Of a stretch of 32,310 nucleotides of DNA, positions 18,776-28,086 are shown one piece after another. Positions within the stretch are counted from its first letter, which is position 1. Each line of letters begins with the position of its first letter. Source of the DNA: Synechococcaceae bacterium WB4_1_0192 (GTDB taxonomy: Bacteria; Cyanobacteriota; Cyanobacteriia; PCC-6307; Cyanobiaceae); contig RFPK01000001.1 in the NCBI GenBank assembly GCA_009926195.1, positions 1-32,310 on the forward strand. Direction: 5' to 3'. Made by a program: the position numbers and the translations under genes. The notes below the pieces were generated by a model. It was not told the origin of the DNA and did no database searches. It saw nothing but the letters and a program-made list of their open reading frames with translations.

Positions 18776-20080
18776 TCAGCCCTGGTCCTCGTGCAATTCG
18801 AACAGGTCCTGCACCACCTTCATGGCGATGTGGCGCTGCTGACGCGGCTGGGGGGAGCGCAGATTGGTGACCGGCGTGTGCAGGATCTTGTTGATGATCC
18901 CTTTGCTCAAGGCCTCCACCACCTTCCGCTCCCGAGCTGAGAGATCGGGGCCCATGCGACTGAGGGCCTTCTGCAACTCCTGCTCGCGGATGTCCTCCAG
19001 CTGGGTGCGGAGACGATTCACCACCGGCACGGCCTCCAGGCCATCCCACCAGTCGAGGAACTGGCGACCGTCCTCCTCGAGCAGACCTTCAGCCTCGGCA
19101 GCGATCTCGCGACGCGCTTCCTGGTTGCGGGTCACGACCTCCTGGAGATCGTCGACGTCATAGGAGCCGACACCCTCAACAGAGGCGACATCGGCAGAGA
19201 TGTTGCGCGGAACGCCGATATCCACGAGCATCAGCGACGAGCGTCGATTGAGCGGCGCCAGACGCTCGGCGGTGATGATCGGCTCTTCAGCGGCCGTGCT
19301 GGTGAACACCAGCGAGCAGGTGCTGAGGCAATGGTCGAGGTCGGTGAGCGGACGGCACTGCACCGGCAGACCCGGAAAATCGGCAGCCATCAGTTCTGCG
19401 CGCTGAACCGTGCGGTTGAGCAACACCACACCACGGGCACCCTTGGCCTGGAGGTGCTGCAGGAGCAGGCGGGACATGCGGCCTGCTCCGACGACGGCGA
19501 TCTGCTCCTGCTCGAGCGGAACCAGATCATCGACACCGCGAGCCTGGCCGACCTTCAGCTGAGCCAGTTCAACGGCTGCGGAACTGATCGAGACGGCACC
19601 GGTGCCGAGGTTGGTCTCGCTACGGACACGCTTACCGGTGCTGACGGCCTGGTTGAGCAGGCGGTTGAGAATCGGCCCGATCGAGCGGTGCTCCTGACCG
19701 AGGCGATACATCTTCTTGACCTGGGAGAGGATCTGGCCCTCGCCCAGCACCAGAGAATCGAGGCCGGCCGCCACCCGCATCAGGTGGGCCACCGCCTCTT
19801 CGTGGTGGTAGGTGAACAGATGGGGGGTGAGATCGCCGAGCTCCAGCCCGGAATGCTCACTGAGGAAACTGCCGACGGCATTCACCCCCTGCTCGGGGTG
19901 CCGCAGCAACGTATAGATCTCCAGACGGTTGCAGGTGCTGAGGATGGAGGCCTCGAGAACCTGCTCATCGGCACGCAGCCGCTGGAGGGAGTCCTCCATG
20001 CTCTGCTCGGCGATGCTGAGACGCTCCCGGATCTCCACCGGGGCCGTGCGATGGCTCAGACCGACGACGGCGATGTGCAT
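18776..20080 (-). CDS. hemA: Glutamyl-tRNA reductase
   Basis: GLSHRTAPVEIRE, STCNRLE, GLDSLVLGEGQILSQVK, GAGRM, DIGVPRNI. Confidence 0.98.
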   Translation of the reverse strand: MHIAVVGLSHRTAPVEIRERLSIAEQSMEDSLQRLRADEQVLEASILSTCNRLEIYTLLRHPEQGVNAVGSFLSEHSGLELGDLTPHLFTYHHEEAVAHLMRVAAGLDSLVLGEGQILSQVKKMYRLGQEHRSIGPILNRLLNQAVSTGKRVRSETNLGTGAVSISSAAVELAQLKVGQARGVDDLVPLEQEQIAVVGAGRMSRLLLQHLQAKGARGVVLLNRTVQRAELMAADFPGLPVQCRPLTDLDHCLSTCSLVFTSTAAEEPIITAERLAPLNRRSSLMLVDIGVPRNISADVASVEGVGSYDVDDLQEVVTRNQEARREIAAEAEGLLEEDGRQFLDWWDGLEAVPVVNRLRTQLEDIREQELQKALSRMGPDLSARERKVVEALSKGIINKILHTPVTNLRSPQPRQQRHIAMKVVQDLFELHEDQG

Positions 20081-20116
20081 GCAGATGGATCCTGACGTGC
20101 GCTTGAAACGGAAGGG

Positions 20117-20160
20117 AGAAAAGGAACGGCCAGCCCGTCGCCCAGGGGCGGGAGCTGGCC
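20117..20160 (-). terminator. Terminator-like hairpin between glpX and hemA
   Basis: Minus strand GGCCAGC...GCTGGCC stem with an inner CGCCC/GGGCG, followed by GTTCCTTTT. Confidence 0.5.
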
Positions 20161-20175
20161 GGAGTCAAGCTCGGA

Positions 20176-21180
20176 TCAGCGCAGAGCGATGCTCTGGGCG
20201 CCGTCCTTGATGTGCACGGTGGTGGTGAAGCGGGCCGTGTTGTCGAGGGTGCTGATCACCAGGGAGCTGGTGCGGGTGCAGTCCTTCTCGAACTTGACGC
20301 CATCGAACAGCAGACCATCGGTGATGCCGGTGGCAGCGAACACCACGTTCTCGCCGCAGGCCAGCTCTTCAGCTTCGTAGACGCGGTCGGGATCGGTGAT
20401 GCCCATCTCGGCCAGGCGGGCCAGGTTGCCCTCCTTGGTGAGGCCTTCCCACTCGGAGGTCTGGGCAACGGCCGGGTCGTACACCAGCTGACCCTGGAAG
20501 TGGGCGCCCAGGGCGCGCAGGGCAGCAGCGGAGATCACACCTTCGGGAGCCGCACCGATGCCCATCAGGCAGTGGGTGCCGGTGCCGGCGAAACCGCAGG
20601 CGATGGCGGCCTGCACGTCACCATCGGAAATGGGCTGCACCCGGGCACCGGTGGCGCGGATCTCCTTGATCAGGTCCTTGTGGCGGGCGCGGTCCATGAC
20701 CACGATCACCAGCTCATCGGCGGGCAGGCCGAGGCACTCGCTGAGGATCTTGATGTTCTCGGTGGCCGACTTGCGGATGTCCACCTTGCCCTTGGCGGCC
20801 GGGGGAGCAGCCAGCTTCTTCATGTAGAAGTCGGGCGCGTTGAAGAGGCCACCGCGGTCGGAGGCGGCGAGAACGGCCATCGAGCCACGCTGGCTGTTGG
20901 CGCAGAGGTTGGTGCCCTCGCAGGGATCCACGGCGAAGTCGACACCCGGACCGGTGCCGCTGCCCACTTCCTCACCGATGTAGAGCATCGGCGCTTCGTC
21001 GCGCTCACCCTCGCCGATCACGATGCGACCCTGCATCTGGATCTTGTACATGCGCTCGCGCATGGCCTCCACCGCGGCGGCATCCGCCTCGTTCTTGAGG
21101 CCCATTCCGGTGAGCTTGGCGGAGGCGATGCCGGCCTGTTCAACGACCTCGAGAATTTCCTGAATCAGGGTGCGATCCAC
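20176..21180 (-). CDS. glpX: Class II fructose-1,6-/sedoheptulose-1,7-bisphosphatase
   Basis: GTG start (MDRTLIQEI); [47 protein letters not shown]. Confidence 0.97.
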   Translation of the reverse strand: MDRTLIQEILEVVEQAGIASAKLTGMGLKNEADAAAVEAMRERMYKIQMQGRIVIGEGERDEAPMLYIGEEVGSGTGPGVDFAVDPCEGTNLCANSQRGSMAVLAASDRGGLFNAPDFYMKKLAAPPAAKGKVDIRKSATENIKILSECLGLPADELVIVVMDRARHKDLIKEIRATGARVQPISDGDVQAAIACGFAGTGTHCLMGIGAAPEGVISAAALRALGAHFQGQLVYDPAVAQTSEWEGLTKEGNLARLAEMGITDPDRVYEAEELACGENVVFAATGITDGLLFDGVKFEKDCTRTSSLVISTLDNTARFTTTVHIKDGAQSIALR

Positions 21181-21360
21181 AGCTGTCCGGCGTAGGGGTG
21201 GGATTGTCGAGAGTGGGACTGCGCCAGCTGATTTTGCAGCGGCCGCAGGACCTCTCAGGGATTGAGCGCCGCTCACTGTATCAGCGCTCGCCAGGGGCCC
21301 GATCGGCCCCAGACGGGCCGATTCCTACAATCCCCGTCTGTTCCGCCCAGCTGGCACCCC

Positions 21361-22044
21361 ATGAGCACCAAGCCCCTGGTGATCTCCCCCTCGATCCTCT
21401 CAGCCGACTTCTCCCGGCTGGGCGAGGACGTGCGCGCCGTTGACGAGGCGGGTGCCGACTGGATCCACGTCGATGTGATGGACGGCCGCTTCGTGCCCAA
21501 CATCACGATCGGCCCCCTGATCGTGGAGGCGCTGCGTCCGGTGACCGCCAAACCCCTGGACGTGCACCTGATGATCGTCGAGCCCGAGAAGTACGTGGCG
21601 GACTTCGCCAAGGCCGGCGCCGACATCATCTCGGTCCAGGTTGAGGCCTGCACCCACCTGCACCGCAACCTGGGCCAGATCAAGGATCTCGGCAAGATGG
21701 CGGGTGCCGTGCTGAACCCCGGGACCCCGATCGACACGCTCGAGTACTGCCTTGAGCTCTGCGACCTGGTCCTGATCATGAGCGTGAACCCTGGCTTCGG
21801 TGGCCAGAGCTTCATCGAGAACCAGGTGGAGAAGATCCGCGACCTGCGCCGCATGTGCGATGAGAAGGGCCTGGATCCCTGGATCGAGGTGGACGGCGGC
21901 ATCAAGGCTGAAAACGCCTGGAAGGTGATCGAGGCAGGCGCCAACGCGATCGTGAGTGGCTCGGGTGTCTTCAACCAGCCCAGCTATGCCGATGCCATCA
22001 CCGGGATCCGCAACAGCCGTCGTCCGATGGCCATCGCCGCCTGA
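21361..22044 (+). CDS. rpe: Ribulose-phosphate 3-epimerase
   Basis: [49 protein letters not shown] at 21326-21331 lies upstream. Confidence 0.98.
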   Translation: MSTKPLVISPSILSADFSRLGEDVRAVDEAGADWIHVDVMDGRFVPNITIGPLIVEALRPVTAKPLDVHLMIVEPEKYVADFAKAGADIISVQVEACTHLHRNLGQIKDLGKMAGAVLNPGTPIDTLEYCLELCDLVLIMSVNPGFGGQSFIENQVEKIRDLRRMCDEKGLDPWIEVDGGIKAENAWKVIEAGANAIVSGSGVFNQPSYADAITGIRNSRRPMAIAA

Positions 22045-22096
22045 GATTGGTGAAGGGCGCCCGATAGAGGCGCCCGCCAATCAGGCAGAAGTTCTG

Positions 22097-22122
22097 AGCC
22101 CTCGCGGGAGCGAGGGCTTTTT
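22097..22122 (+). terminator. Rho-independent terminator after rpe
   Basis: AGCCCTCGC-GGGA-GCGAGGGCT: a 9-bp stem with a GNRA loop, followed by a T-run. Confidence 0.85.
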
Positions 22123-22202
22123 GCTGGCACCACCAGCCGTCAGATCGCTGATTCCATGGTGAGGTTGCTGGCTGGTGAAGGGTGCTTCGCGAGCAGCCGC
22201 GA

Positions 22203-23123
22203 TCAGGCGCTGAAGAACCAGCCGTAGCTGTGCAGACCGATGCCGAGCAGGTTGACGCCGATGTAGCAGACGCAGATCACGACCAGACCAGCCACGGCCA
22301 CCAGAGCCGGACGACGACCCTGCCAGCCACGGCTGAGGCGGGTGTGGAGGTAGGCGGCGTAGACAAGCCAGCAGATCAGGGCCCAGGTTTCCTTGGGATC
22401 CCAGCTCCACCAGCTGCCCCAGGCTTCGTTGGCCCAGACGGCGCCACTGACGATGCCGATGGACAGCAACAGGAAACCCACGGTGATCGTGCGGTAACTG
22501 AGGCTGTCGAGCTGCTCGCTGAGCGAAAGGGTGGCGCTGGAGAGATTGAGCACGCCTGGACCCACCTCTGTGGCCAGTTGAGCCTGGCGATAACCGCCGC
22601 TGCCGATGGAGCTGCTACGCAACTCAAGCGCTCGGCCACGATCGGTGAACAGAACGGCGGCTGAGAGCAGCGAGCCCACCAGCAGGGCGGCATAGCTGAC
22701 CATGATCACGCTGACGTGCATGACCAGCCAGCTAGAGCGCAGGGCAGGCACCAATGGGGCTGCCTGCTGAAGCTGGTCGGGCAGAGCGAAGCTGGCAAAG
22801 GCCACGCACCCGAGCCCCATCGGGGTGGCAGCGGCGGCCACCAGGGGCGAGGGATAGCTGCGTTCCACCAGCAGCTGGGTCAGCGTGCAGGCCCAGGCCA
22901 GGAAACAGAGCGATTCGTAGAGATTGCTGATCGGGAAATGGCCCGACTGCCACCAACGCAGGACCAGCTGGGCAGTCAGGCTGAGGTTGGCGGCTGCCAC
23001 AAGCAGGCGAACGATGCGGCTTCCCTGTCCGCCCGATTCGCTGACACTCCAGAAGGCCAGGGGAAGGGCAACCAACAGCAGCGCGAAGGCGGCAAGGCCC
23101 AGGCCGAGGACGGGATCACTCAC
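22203..23123 (-). CDS. ccsB: Cytochrome c biogenesis protein CcsB (system II; plastid CcsA homolog)
   Basis: [46 protein letters not shown] (WWD domain), GLHSYG. Confidence 0.96.
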   Translation of the reverse strand: MSDPVLGLGLAAFALLLVALPLAFWSVSESGGQGSRIVRLLVAAANLSLTAQLVLRWWQSGHFPISNLYESLCFLAWACTLTQLLVERSYPSPLVAAAATPMGLGCVAFASFALPDQLQQAAPLVPALRSSWLVMHVSVIMVSYAALLVGSLLSAAVLFTDRGRALELRSSSIGSGGYRQAQLATEVGPGVLNLSSATLSLSEQLDSLSYRTITVGFLLLSIGIVSGAVWANEAWGSWWSWDPKETWALICWLVYAAYLHTRLSRGWQGRRPALVAVAGLVVICVCYIGVNLLGIGLHSYGWFFSA

Positions 23124-23177
23124 AGGCGGAGGGTGATGGAGCGGATTTCGGGACAGTCTGCCAAGTCGAGTCGGCGA

Positions 23178-24380
23178 TCAGCGGCTGGCCTTGCGCAACA
23201 GATACACCCCGGCGGCAAGGCCGATCAACACCGGCGACCAGGCCGCCAGGAATGGCGACAAGGTGCCTTTAATGCCGAGCGAGCTGAAGATGAACGACAT
23301 CAGGTAATATCCGAAGATCAGCAGAACACTGATACCGAAACCCTGACTGCGGCTGGTTCTGGAATTGGGGCGAACCCCAAGGCTACTGCCGATCAAGCCG
23401 AATACAATGCAAATCGTAGGAAAGGCGAACTTTTCCTGAATGCGAACCCTCAGGCGCCGGGCCTCTTTGAAATCACCTGCTGCAGCGAGAAGGGCCTCAG
23501 CCCGACGGGCCTGTCCGACTGTCATCTGCTCAGCGTTACTTGGCAACTTTGCAATTTCAACCGGAGCGGATGTAAGCGGGTAGAAGTAGCGATCAAAATT
23601 TGCAGATGTAGTAGTGGCTCCCGATGTGTCGACATTCACAATCTTGCCGTTGCGAAATTCCCACATCGAGCGAGAATCGTTCCAAACAGCTGTTTCGGCG
23701 ATCAACATCTGCTGCTGGCCGGCACGCGAGAAGTCGAGCAAAGTGACTCCATTCATGCCGCCATCCACCGATTCACGCGCATAAAAAAGCTGGGCCAAGC
23801 CATTGTCACTTCGCAAACGGTCGCCGTCTTTGACCATCACGGAGCCAAACCTTGAATAGACAACATTCTTTCCATGCTCGGACGCAATGGCACGGCCGAG
23901 AGCGGCGTCCAAGGTGTTAGCAGCCGAGAGATTGGCACTAGGAACAATCACATCGTTGAAGATGAACGTCAGGCCTGTCATCAATCCAGCAACGATCAAG
24001 GCCGGCACCACCATGCGGTAGGTGCTGACGCCAAGACTGCGCAATGCTGTGAGTTCGCTTGAGCCGGACAGCCGGCTGTAGCCCAGCAGCGTGGCCATCA
24101 GCGTGGCCATGGGAAAGCTGAGGACAAGGAAGCCCGGCAAACGCAGGCTCAGAACCTGCATGGCCACAAGGGGCGGAAGACCTGCTTCTGCCACCTTGCG
24201 CACGAGCTCAAACACGACACCGACCGACAAGGAAACGGCGGTGAATGCGGCAATGCCAAACAGCAGTGGGCCGGTGAGCTCCGCTACAAGCCAGCGGTGC
24301 ATCAGCGGGAGGCGCTGCCACAGTTGTCGCAGCGGCACCAACAGGCGATGCATCAGATGGGGCATGGTGACGTCAGTCAC
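23178..24380 (-). CDS. LptF/LptG family LPS export permease
   Basis: [47 protein letters not shown]; GTGA overlap with lptB. The exact start is uncertain. Confidence 0.9.
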   Translation of the reverse strand: MTDVTMPHLMHRLLVPLRQLWQRLPLMHRWLVAELTGPLLFGIAAFTAVSLSVGVVFELVRKVAEAGLPPLVAMQVLSLRLPGFLVLSFPMATLMATLLGYSRLSGSSELTALRSLGVSTYRMVVPALIVAGLMTGLTFIFNDVIVPSANLSAANTLDAALGRAIASEHGKNVVYSRFGSVMVKDGDRLRSDNGLAQLFYARESVDGGMNGVTLLDFSRAGQQQMLIAETAVWNDSRSMWEFRNGKIVNVDTSGATTTSANFDRYFYPLTSAPVEIAKLPSNAEQMTVGQARRAEALLAAAGDFKEARRLRVRIQEKFAFPTICIVFGLIGSSLGVRPNSRTSRSQGFGISVLLIFGYYLMSFIFSSLGIKGTLSPFLAAWSPVLIGLAAGVYLLRKASR

Positions 24381-25105
24381 AAGCGGAAATCCTCTCCGAG
24401 GTAGTGACGGCGAACCAACGGATCGCGGGCGATCTCCTCAGATTGGCCACTGGCCAGGATGCTTCCCTCGGTGAGAATGTAGGCACGGTCGGTGATGGAG
24501 AGCGTTTCACGCACGTTGTGATCCGTAATCAGAACACCCATGCCGCGCTGGCGTAGACCGGTGATCAGATCGCGTAGATCGGCGACTGCCAGGGGATCAA
24601 CCCCTGCAAAGGGTTCATCGAGCAACAAAAAGCGTGGGCCGTTTTCGCCAACGGCAAGGGCCCGGGCCACCTCGCAGCGGCGGCGCTCACCACCGGAAAG
24701 CTGATAGCCGCGGCGGTGAGCGAAGGCGCTGAGGTGAAATTCCTCAATCAGCACTTCGGTGCGTTCGCGCCGCCGTACCCGGTCCATGCCACTTTCCTGG
24801 AGGGCCAACCAAAGGTTCTCACGCACAGTGAGGCTGCGGAAAACGCTGGCTTCCTGGGGGAGGTAGCCGATGCCGAGGCGTGCCCGCTTGGGCATCGGCA
24901 GCGAAGCGACATCGAGATCGTTGAGAAGAACCGCACCACGATCAGGGCGGAGCAGGCCTGTCACCAGATTGAAGGTGGTGGTTTTACCTGCGCCATTAGG
25001 GCCGAGCAGACCGACCACCTCTCCGGGATTGAGGGTGAGGCTGACGTCCTTGACCAGCGGGCGACCGCCAATGGTGAGGGCGACGCGATCCAGCTCCAGG
25101 CTCAT
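24377..25105 (-). CDS. lptB: LPS export ABC transporter ATP-binding protein
   Basis: [47 protein letters not shown]. Confidence 0.96.
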   Translation of the reverse strand: MSLELDRVALTIGGRPLVKDVSLTLNPGEVVGLLGPNGAGKTTTFNLVTGLLRPDRGAVLLNDLDVASLPMPKRARLGIGYLPQEASVFRSLTVRENLWLALQESGMDRVRRRERTEVLIEEFHLSAFAHRRGYQLSGGERRRCEVARALAVGENGPRFLLLDEPFAGVDPLAVADLRDLITGLRQRGMGVLITDHNVRETLSITDRAYILTEGSILASGQSEEIARDPLVRRHYLGEDFRL

Positions 25106-25737
25106 GGGACCACCGGTTGGGCAGGGGAAGCCTGCACGGGCTTGGGCGTGGTCGCCTTGTCCCCATCAGGGATACGTACCTGCATGAAGACCTGCTGTGC
25201 CTGGGGAGGAATCGCAATCAAGCGCTCGCTCTCGACCAGATAGATCACATGCTCGGCGCGCAGAAGATTGCCACCCTCCTGAACGATGTCCACGTCTCCG
25301 CTGAGGACCACGCGACCCTCGCGGCTGAAATACTGAGCCTGACGGGACGTGGCCACGACCCGCTCATCGGGATAAACGATGCGGACGTTACCGGTGGCGG
25401 TGATCACGCCGGTGAGTTGATCGGCCCGTTGCTGATCGGATTCGATCGTCACCATGCCAGTCCGGATGCGGACCGGCCCATGGACGGAGGCGCTGGAGGT
25501 AACGGGAACTGGGGTGGCCTCGGGAGTGTCTGGCGCCGGTGTGACGGGTAGCTCAACAGACTGTGCCGTGCTGAGGGCAGGCAGCTGAGCTTTCGCTGGC
25601 CCGCTCAGCGGTGTGCAAACCAGCCCGATGGCCAGCGATGCCAGTGTCGCCAGGTTCGGCAAGCGGCTGGTCGCCATGGAGGGGGTTGTGCTGGGTTGTG
25701 GCGCCAAACCCTCTGCCAGGCAATCGGTGCTGCTCAT
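25102..25737 (-). CDS. lptA: LptA/OstA family protein
   Basis: [34 protein letters not shown]; ATGA overlaps on both sides. Confidence 0.85.
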   Translation of the reverse strand: MSSTDCLAEGLAPQPSTTPSMATSRLPNLATLASLAIGLVCTPLSGPAKAQLPALSTAQSVELPVTPAPDTPEATPVPVTSSASVHGPVRIRTGMVTIESDQQRADQLTGVITATGNVRIVYPDERVVATSRQAQYFSREGRVVLSGDVDIVQEGGNLLRAEHVIYLVESERLIAIPPQAQQVFMQVRIPDGDKATTPKPVQASPAQPVVP

Positions 25738-26144
25738 CGTATCGGTGCAGCGGTCGGGATCAGCTGCGGCAACGGCAGCGAATCAACGGTCTCACCCTGT
25801 TGCAGGGCGTGAAGGCGCAATGAGACCGTACGGCGCAGGTGCTGGATGTTGAGTCGGAACAGATCGGGTTCAAGTGGCTGGAGACGACCAAGGCCCTCAC
25901 CGAGCAGGATCGTTGCACCGCGAAGGTTGCCACGCTCCAGATGGATGTGGGCGACGGCAATCTGCAGGATGCCTTGAAGCCCACGACGGCAGGGGCCCTG
26001 GGTTTCATGCCAGAGCTCCTCGAATCCGTCGTGACAGGGATACCAACTGGCCTCGTTGAACAGGTGGACCGCTTGCCTGAAGCGGTCGTCGGCCATGAGG
26101 GCGAGCTCCTCAGGGTCGTTGCCGCTGCTTGAGACCGATGGCAC
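25734..26144 (-). CDS. DUF309 domain protein
   Basis: LFNEASWYPCHDGFEELW, LQGILQIAVAHIHLERGNLRGA. Confidence 0.88.
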   Translation of the reverse strand: MPSVSSSGNDPEELALMADDRFRQAVHLFNEASWYPCHDGFEELWHETQGPCRRGLQGILQIAVAHIHLERGNLRGATILLGEGLGRLQPLEPDLFRLNIQHLRRTVSLRLHALQQGETVDSLPLPQLIPTAAPIR

Positions 26145-26152
26145 GCAGTTGA

Positions 26153-27731
26153 TCAGCGGCGGGCGGGCTTCTTGGCGGGAAGCTTGCGCAGGCGGATCGA
26201 CTCCGGCGTGACTTCCAGCATCTCGTCGGGGCCGATGTACTCCAGAGCGCGCTCCAGGGTCATCTGCATCGGCGCCTGCAGGGTGTCGAGTTCCTCAGCG
26301 CCGGCGGAGCGCATGTTGGTGAGCTGCTTGGTCTTGCAGACGTTGATCTCCAGATCCTGGGGACGGTTGTGCTCGCCGACGAGCATGCCCTTGTAGACCT
26401 TGGTGCCGGGGCTGATGAAGAACTGGCCACGATCCTCAGCGTTCTTGAGCGCATAAAAGGTGGCGGTGCCCTCCTCAAAGGCGATCAGCACACCGTTGCG
26501 GCGGGCATCGAACTCACCCTGCATCGGGCGGTAATCGAGGAAGGAGTGGCTCATGATCCCCTCGCCACGGGTGGCGCGGATGAACTCACCGCGGAAGCCG
26601 ATCAGACCGCGGGACGGCACCACGAACTCCAGCTGGGTGCGGCCGTCGTTGGTGTTCTCCATGTTCTGCATCTCGGCCTTGCGGATGCCGAGCTTCTCGA
26701 TGCAGGCGCCGACGGACTCCTCGGGTACGTCGAGCACCAGGGTCTCGAACGGCTCGGAGGGGGTGCCATCGATCGTGCGGAAGATCACCTGGGGCTGGCT
26801 CACCTGGAACTCATAGCCTTCGCGGCGCATGGTTTCGATCAGGATGCCCAGGTGCAGCTCGCCACGGCCGCTGACCGCCCAGCGATCGGGGGAATCCGTG
26901 TCCTCGACCCGCAGGGCCACGTTGGTGAGCAGCTCCTTGTTGAGGCGATCGCGCACCTGACGGCTGGTCACGAACTTGCCCTCCTTGCCCGCGAAGGGCG
27001 AGTCGTTGACCACGAAGGTCATCTGCAGGGTGGGTTCGTCCACCTTGATCAGCGGCAGCGCCTCCGGGTTGTCAGGGCAGGCAATGGTCTCACCGATGTT
27101 GACTTCATCGAAACCGGCCACGGCCACCAGATCACCGGCACGGGCCTCTTCGATCTCAACGCGCTGCAGACCCTGGAAACCGAGCAGCTTGCTGATGCGG
27201 CCGCTAGCCGCCCATGCCGCTGCCGAACAGGTAGGGGAAGTCGCACTGGTCGTCGTCGGCGCCCAGCTCGAGGAACAGGTCGAGCACCTTGTCGACGGCC
27301 TGCTCGGGGTCGACACGGGCACGGTCGATCTTGTTGACGAACACGATCGGACGCAGACCCTTCTCCAGGGCCTTCTTCAGCACGAAACGGGTCTGCGGCA
27401 TCGGACCCTCGTTGGCGTCGACGATCAGCAGACAGCCATCGACCATGCCCAGCACGCGCTCCACCTCGCCGCCGAAGTCGGCGTGTCCGGGGGTGTCGAC
27501 GATGTTGATGCGGATCCCCTCGTAGTCCACCGCGGTGTTCTTGGAGAGGATGGTGATGCCGCGCTCGCGCTCCAGGTCGTTGGAGTCCATCACACAGGTG
27601 GGCACCGCCTCGTTGTCGCGGAAGATGCCCGACTGGGCCAGCAGCGCATCCACCAGGGTGGTCTTGCCGTGGTCAACGTGGGCAATGATCGCGATATTGC
27701 GGATCGGTGTTCCCGGATGCGCGCCGCTCAT
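26153..27731 (-). pseudogene. typA: Translational GTPase TypA/BipA, disrupted by an internal out-of-frame deletion (or an assembly artefact)
   Basis: 5' part 27731-27204: [39 protein letters not shown], ending FGSGMGG-TAG. 3' part 27202-26153 in another frame: GRISKLLGF...GRGELHL...LTNMRSAG...VTPESIRLRK. Confidence 0.9.
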
Positions 27732-27888
27732 GAAGGAAGGGTTGGGGTAATTCGGTCGGGGCACGCCGCAGCTGGGGGCTGGTGGCCGCAACGGGCAGCG
27801 CGGGGCTGGCGTTGGCGTGGGAGCAGTGGTGATTCCCTGGAGCTGATCGGGCCGGAGCCGGATACAGCCATGGTCTGCGGCATGGGCC

Positions 27889-28034
27889 GAGGAGCACTGG
27901 CTCAGCGGCATCACGTCAACAGCGCCTCGACATCGGTGAGGCGGTCCTTAAGGACTGCTGGCTCAGAAAAGAGGAGCCAAAGTCTTTGAAACGGCCAGGG
28001 TGAGACCGTCGATCCCTACGGTGCGTGAAGGGAT
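27889..28034 (-). ncRNA. Candidate structured RNA (typA 5' leader or sRNA)
   Basis: At least five adjacent stem-loops, repeated 9-mer and 7-mer motifs, and a TAGCAT -10-like box at 28033-28038 (minus). Confidence 0.4.
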
Positions 28035-28086
28035 GCTATCGCAAGCCGGTCGAGTTCCCGAAGCGTGCTGTGCGCTGCCGCACCCC

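Noticed and set aside
27197-27208. NotI (GCGGCCGC) and NheI (GCTAGC) sites at the typA junction as a cloning scar, or programmed frameshifting
   Set aside because: The NotI site follows naturally from Arg-Gly-Arg codons, and NheI arises from the join with no foreign bases. Recoding could not restore the missing residues.
27203-27322. N-terminus of the 389-aa ORF ([10 protein letters not shown]...) as an independent gene
   Set aside because: It is an off-frame reading of the typA G-domain. Real homology starts at GRISK.
27855-27895. GAGCCGGATA resembling the start of group II intron domain V
   Set aside because: There is no complementary 3' arm, no domain VI and no RT ORF.
27911-28012. Protein-like minus-strand stretch [26 protein letters not shown]
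   Set aside because: There is no usable in-frame start codon after the upstream TAG. The region is better explained as structured RNA.
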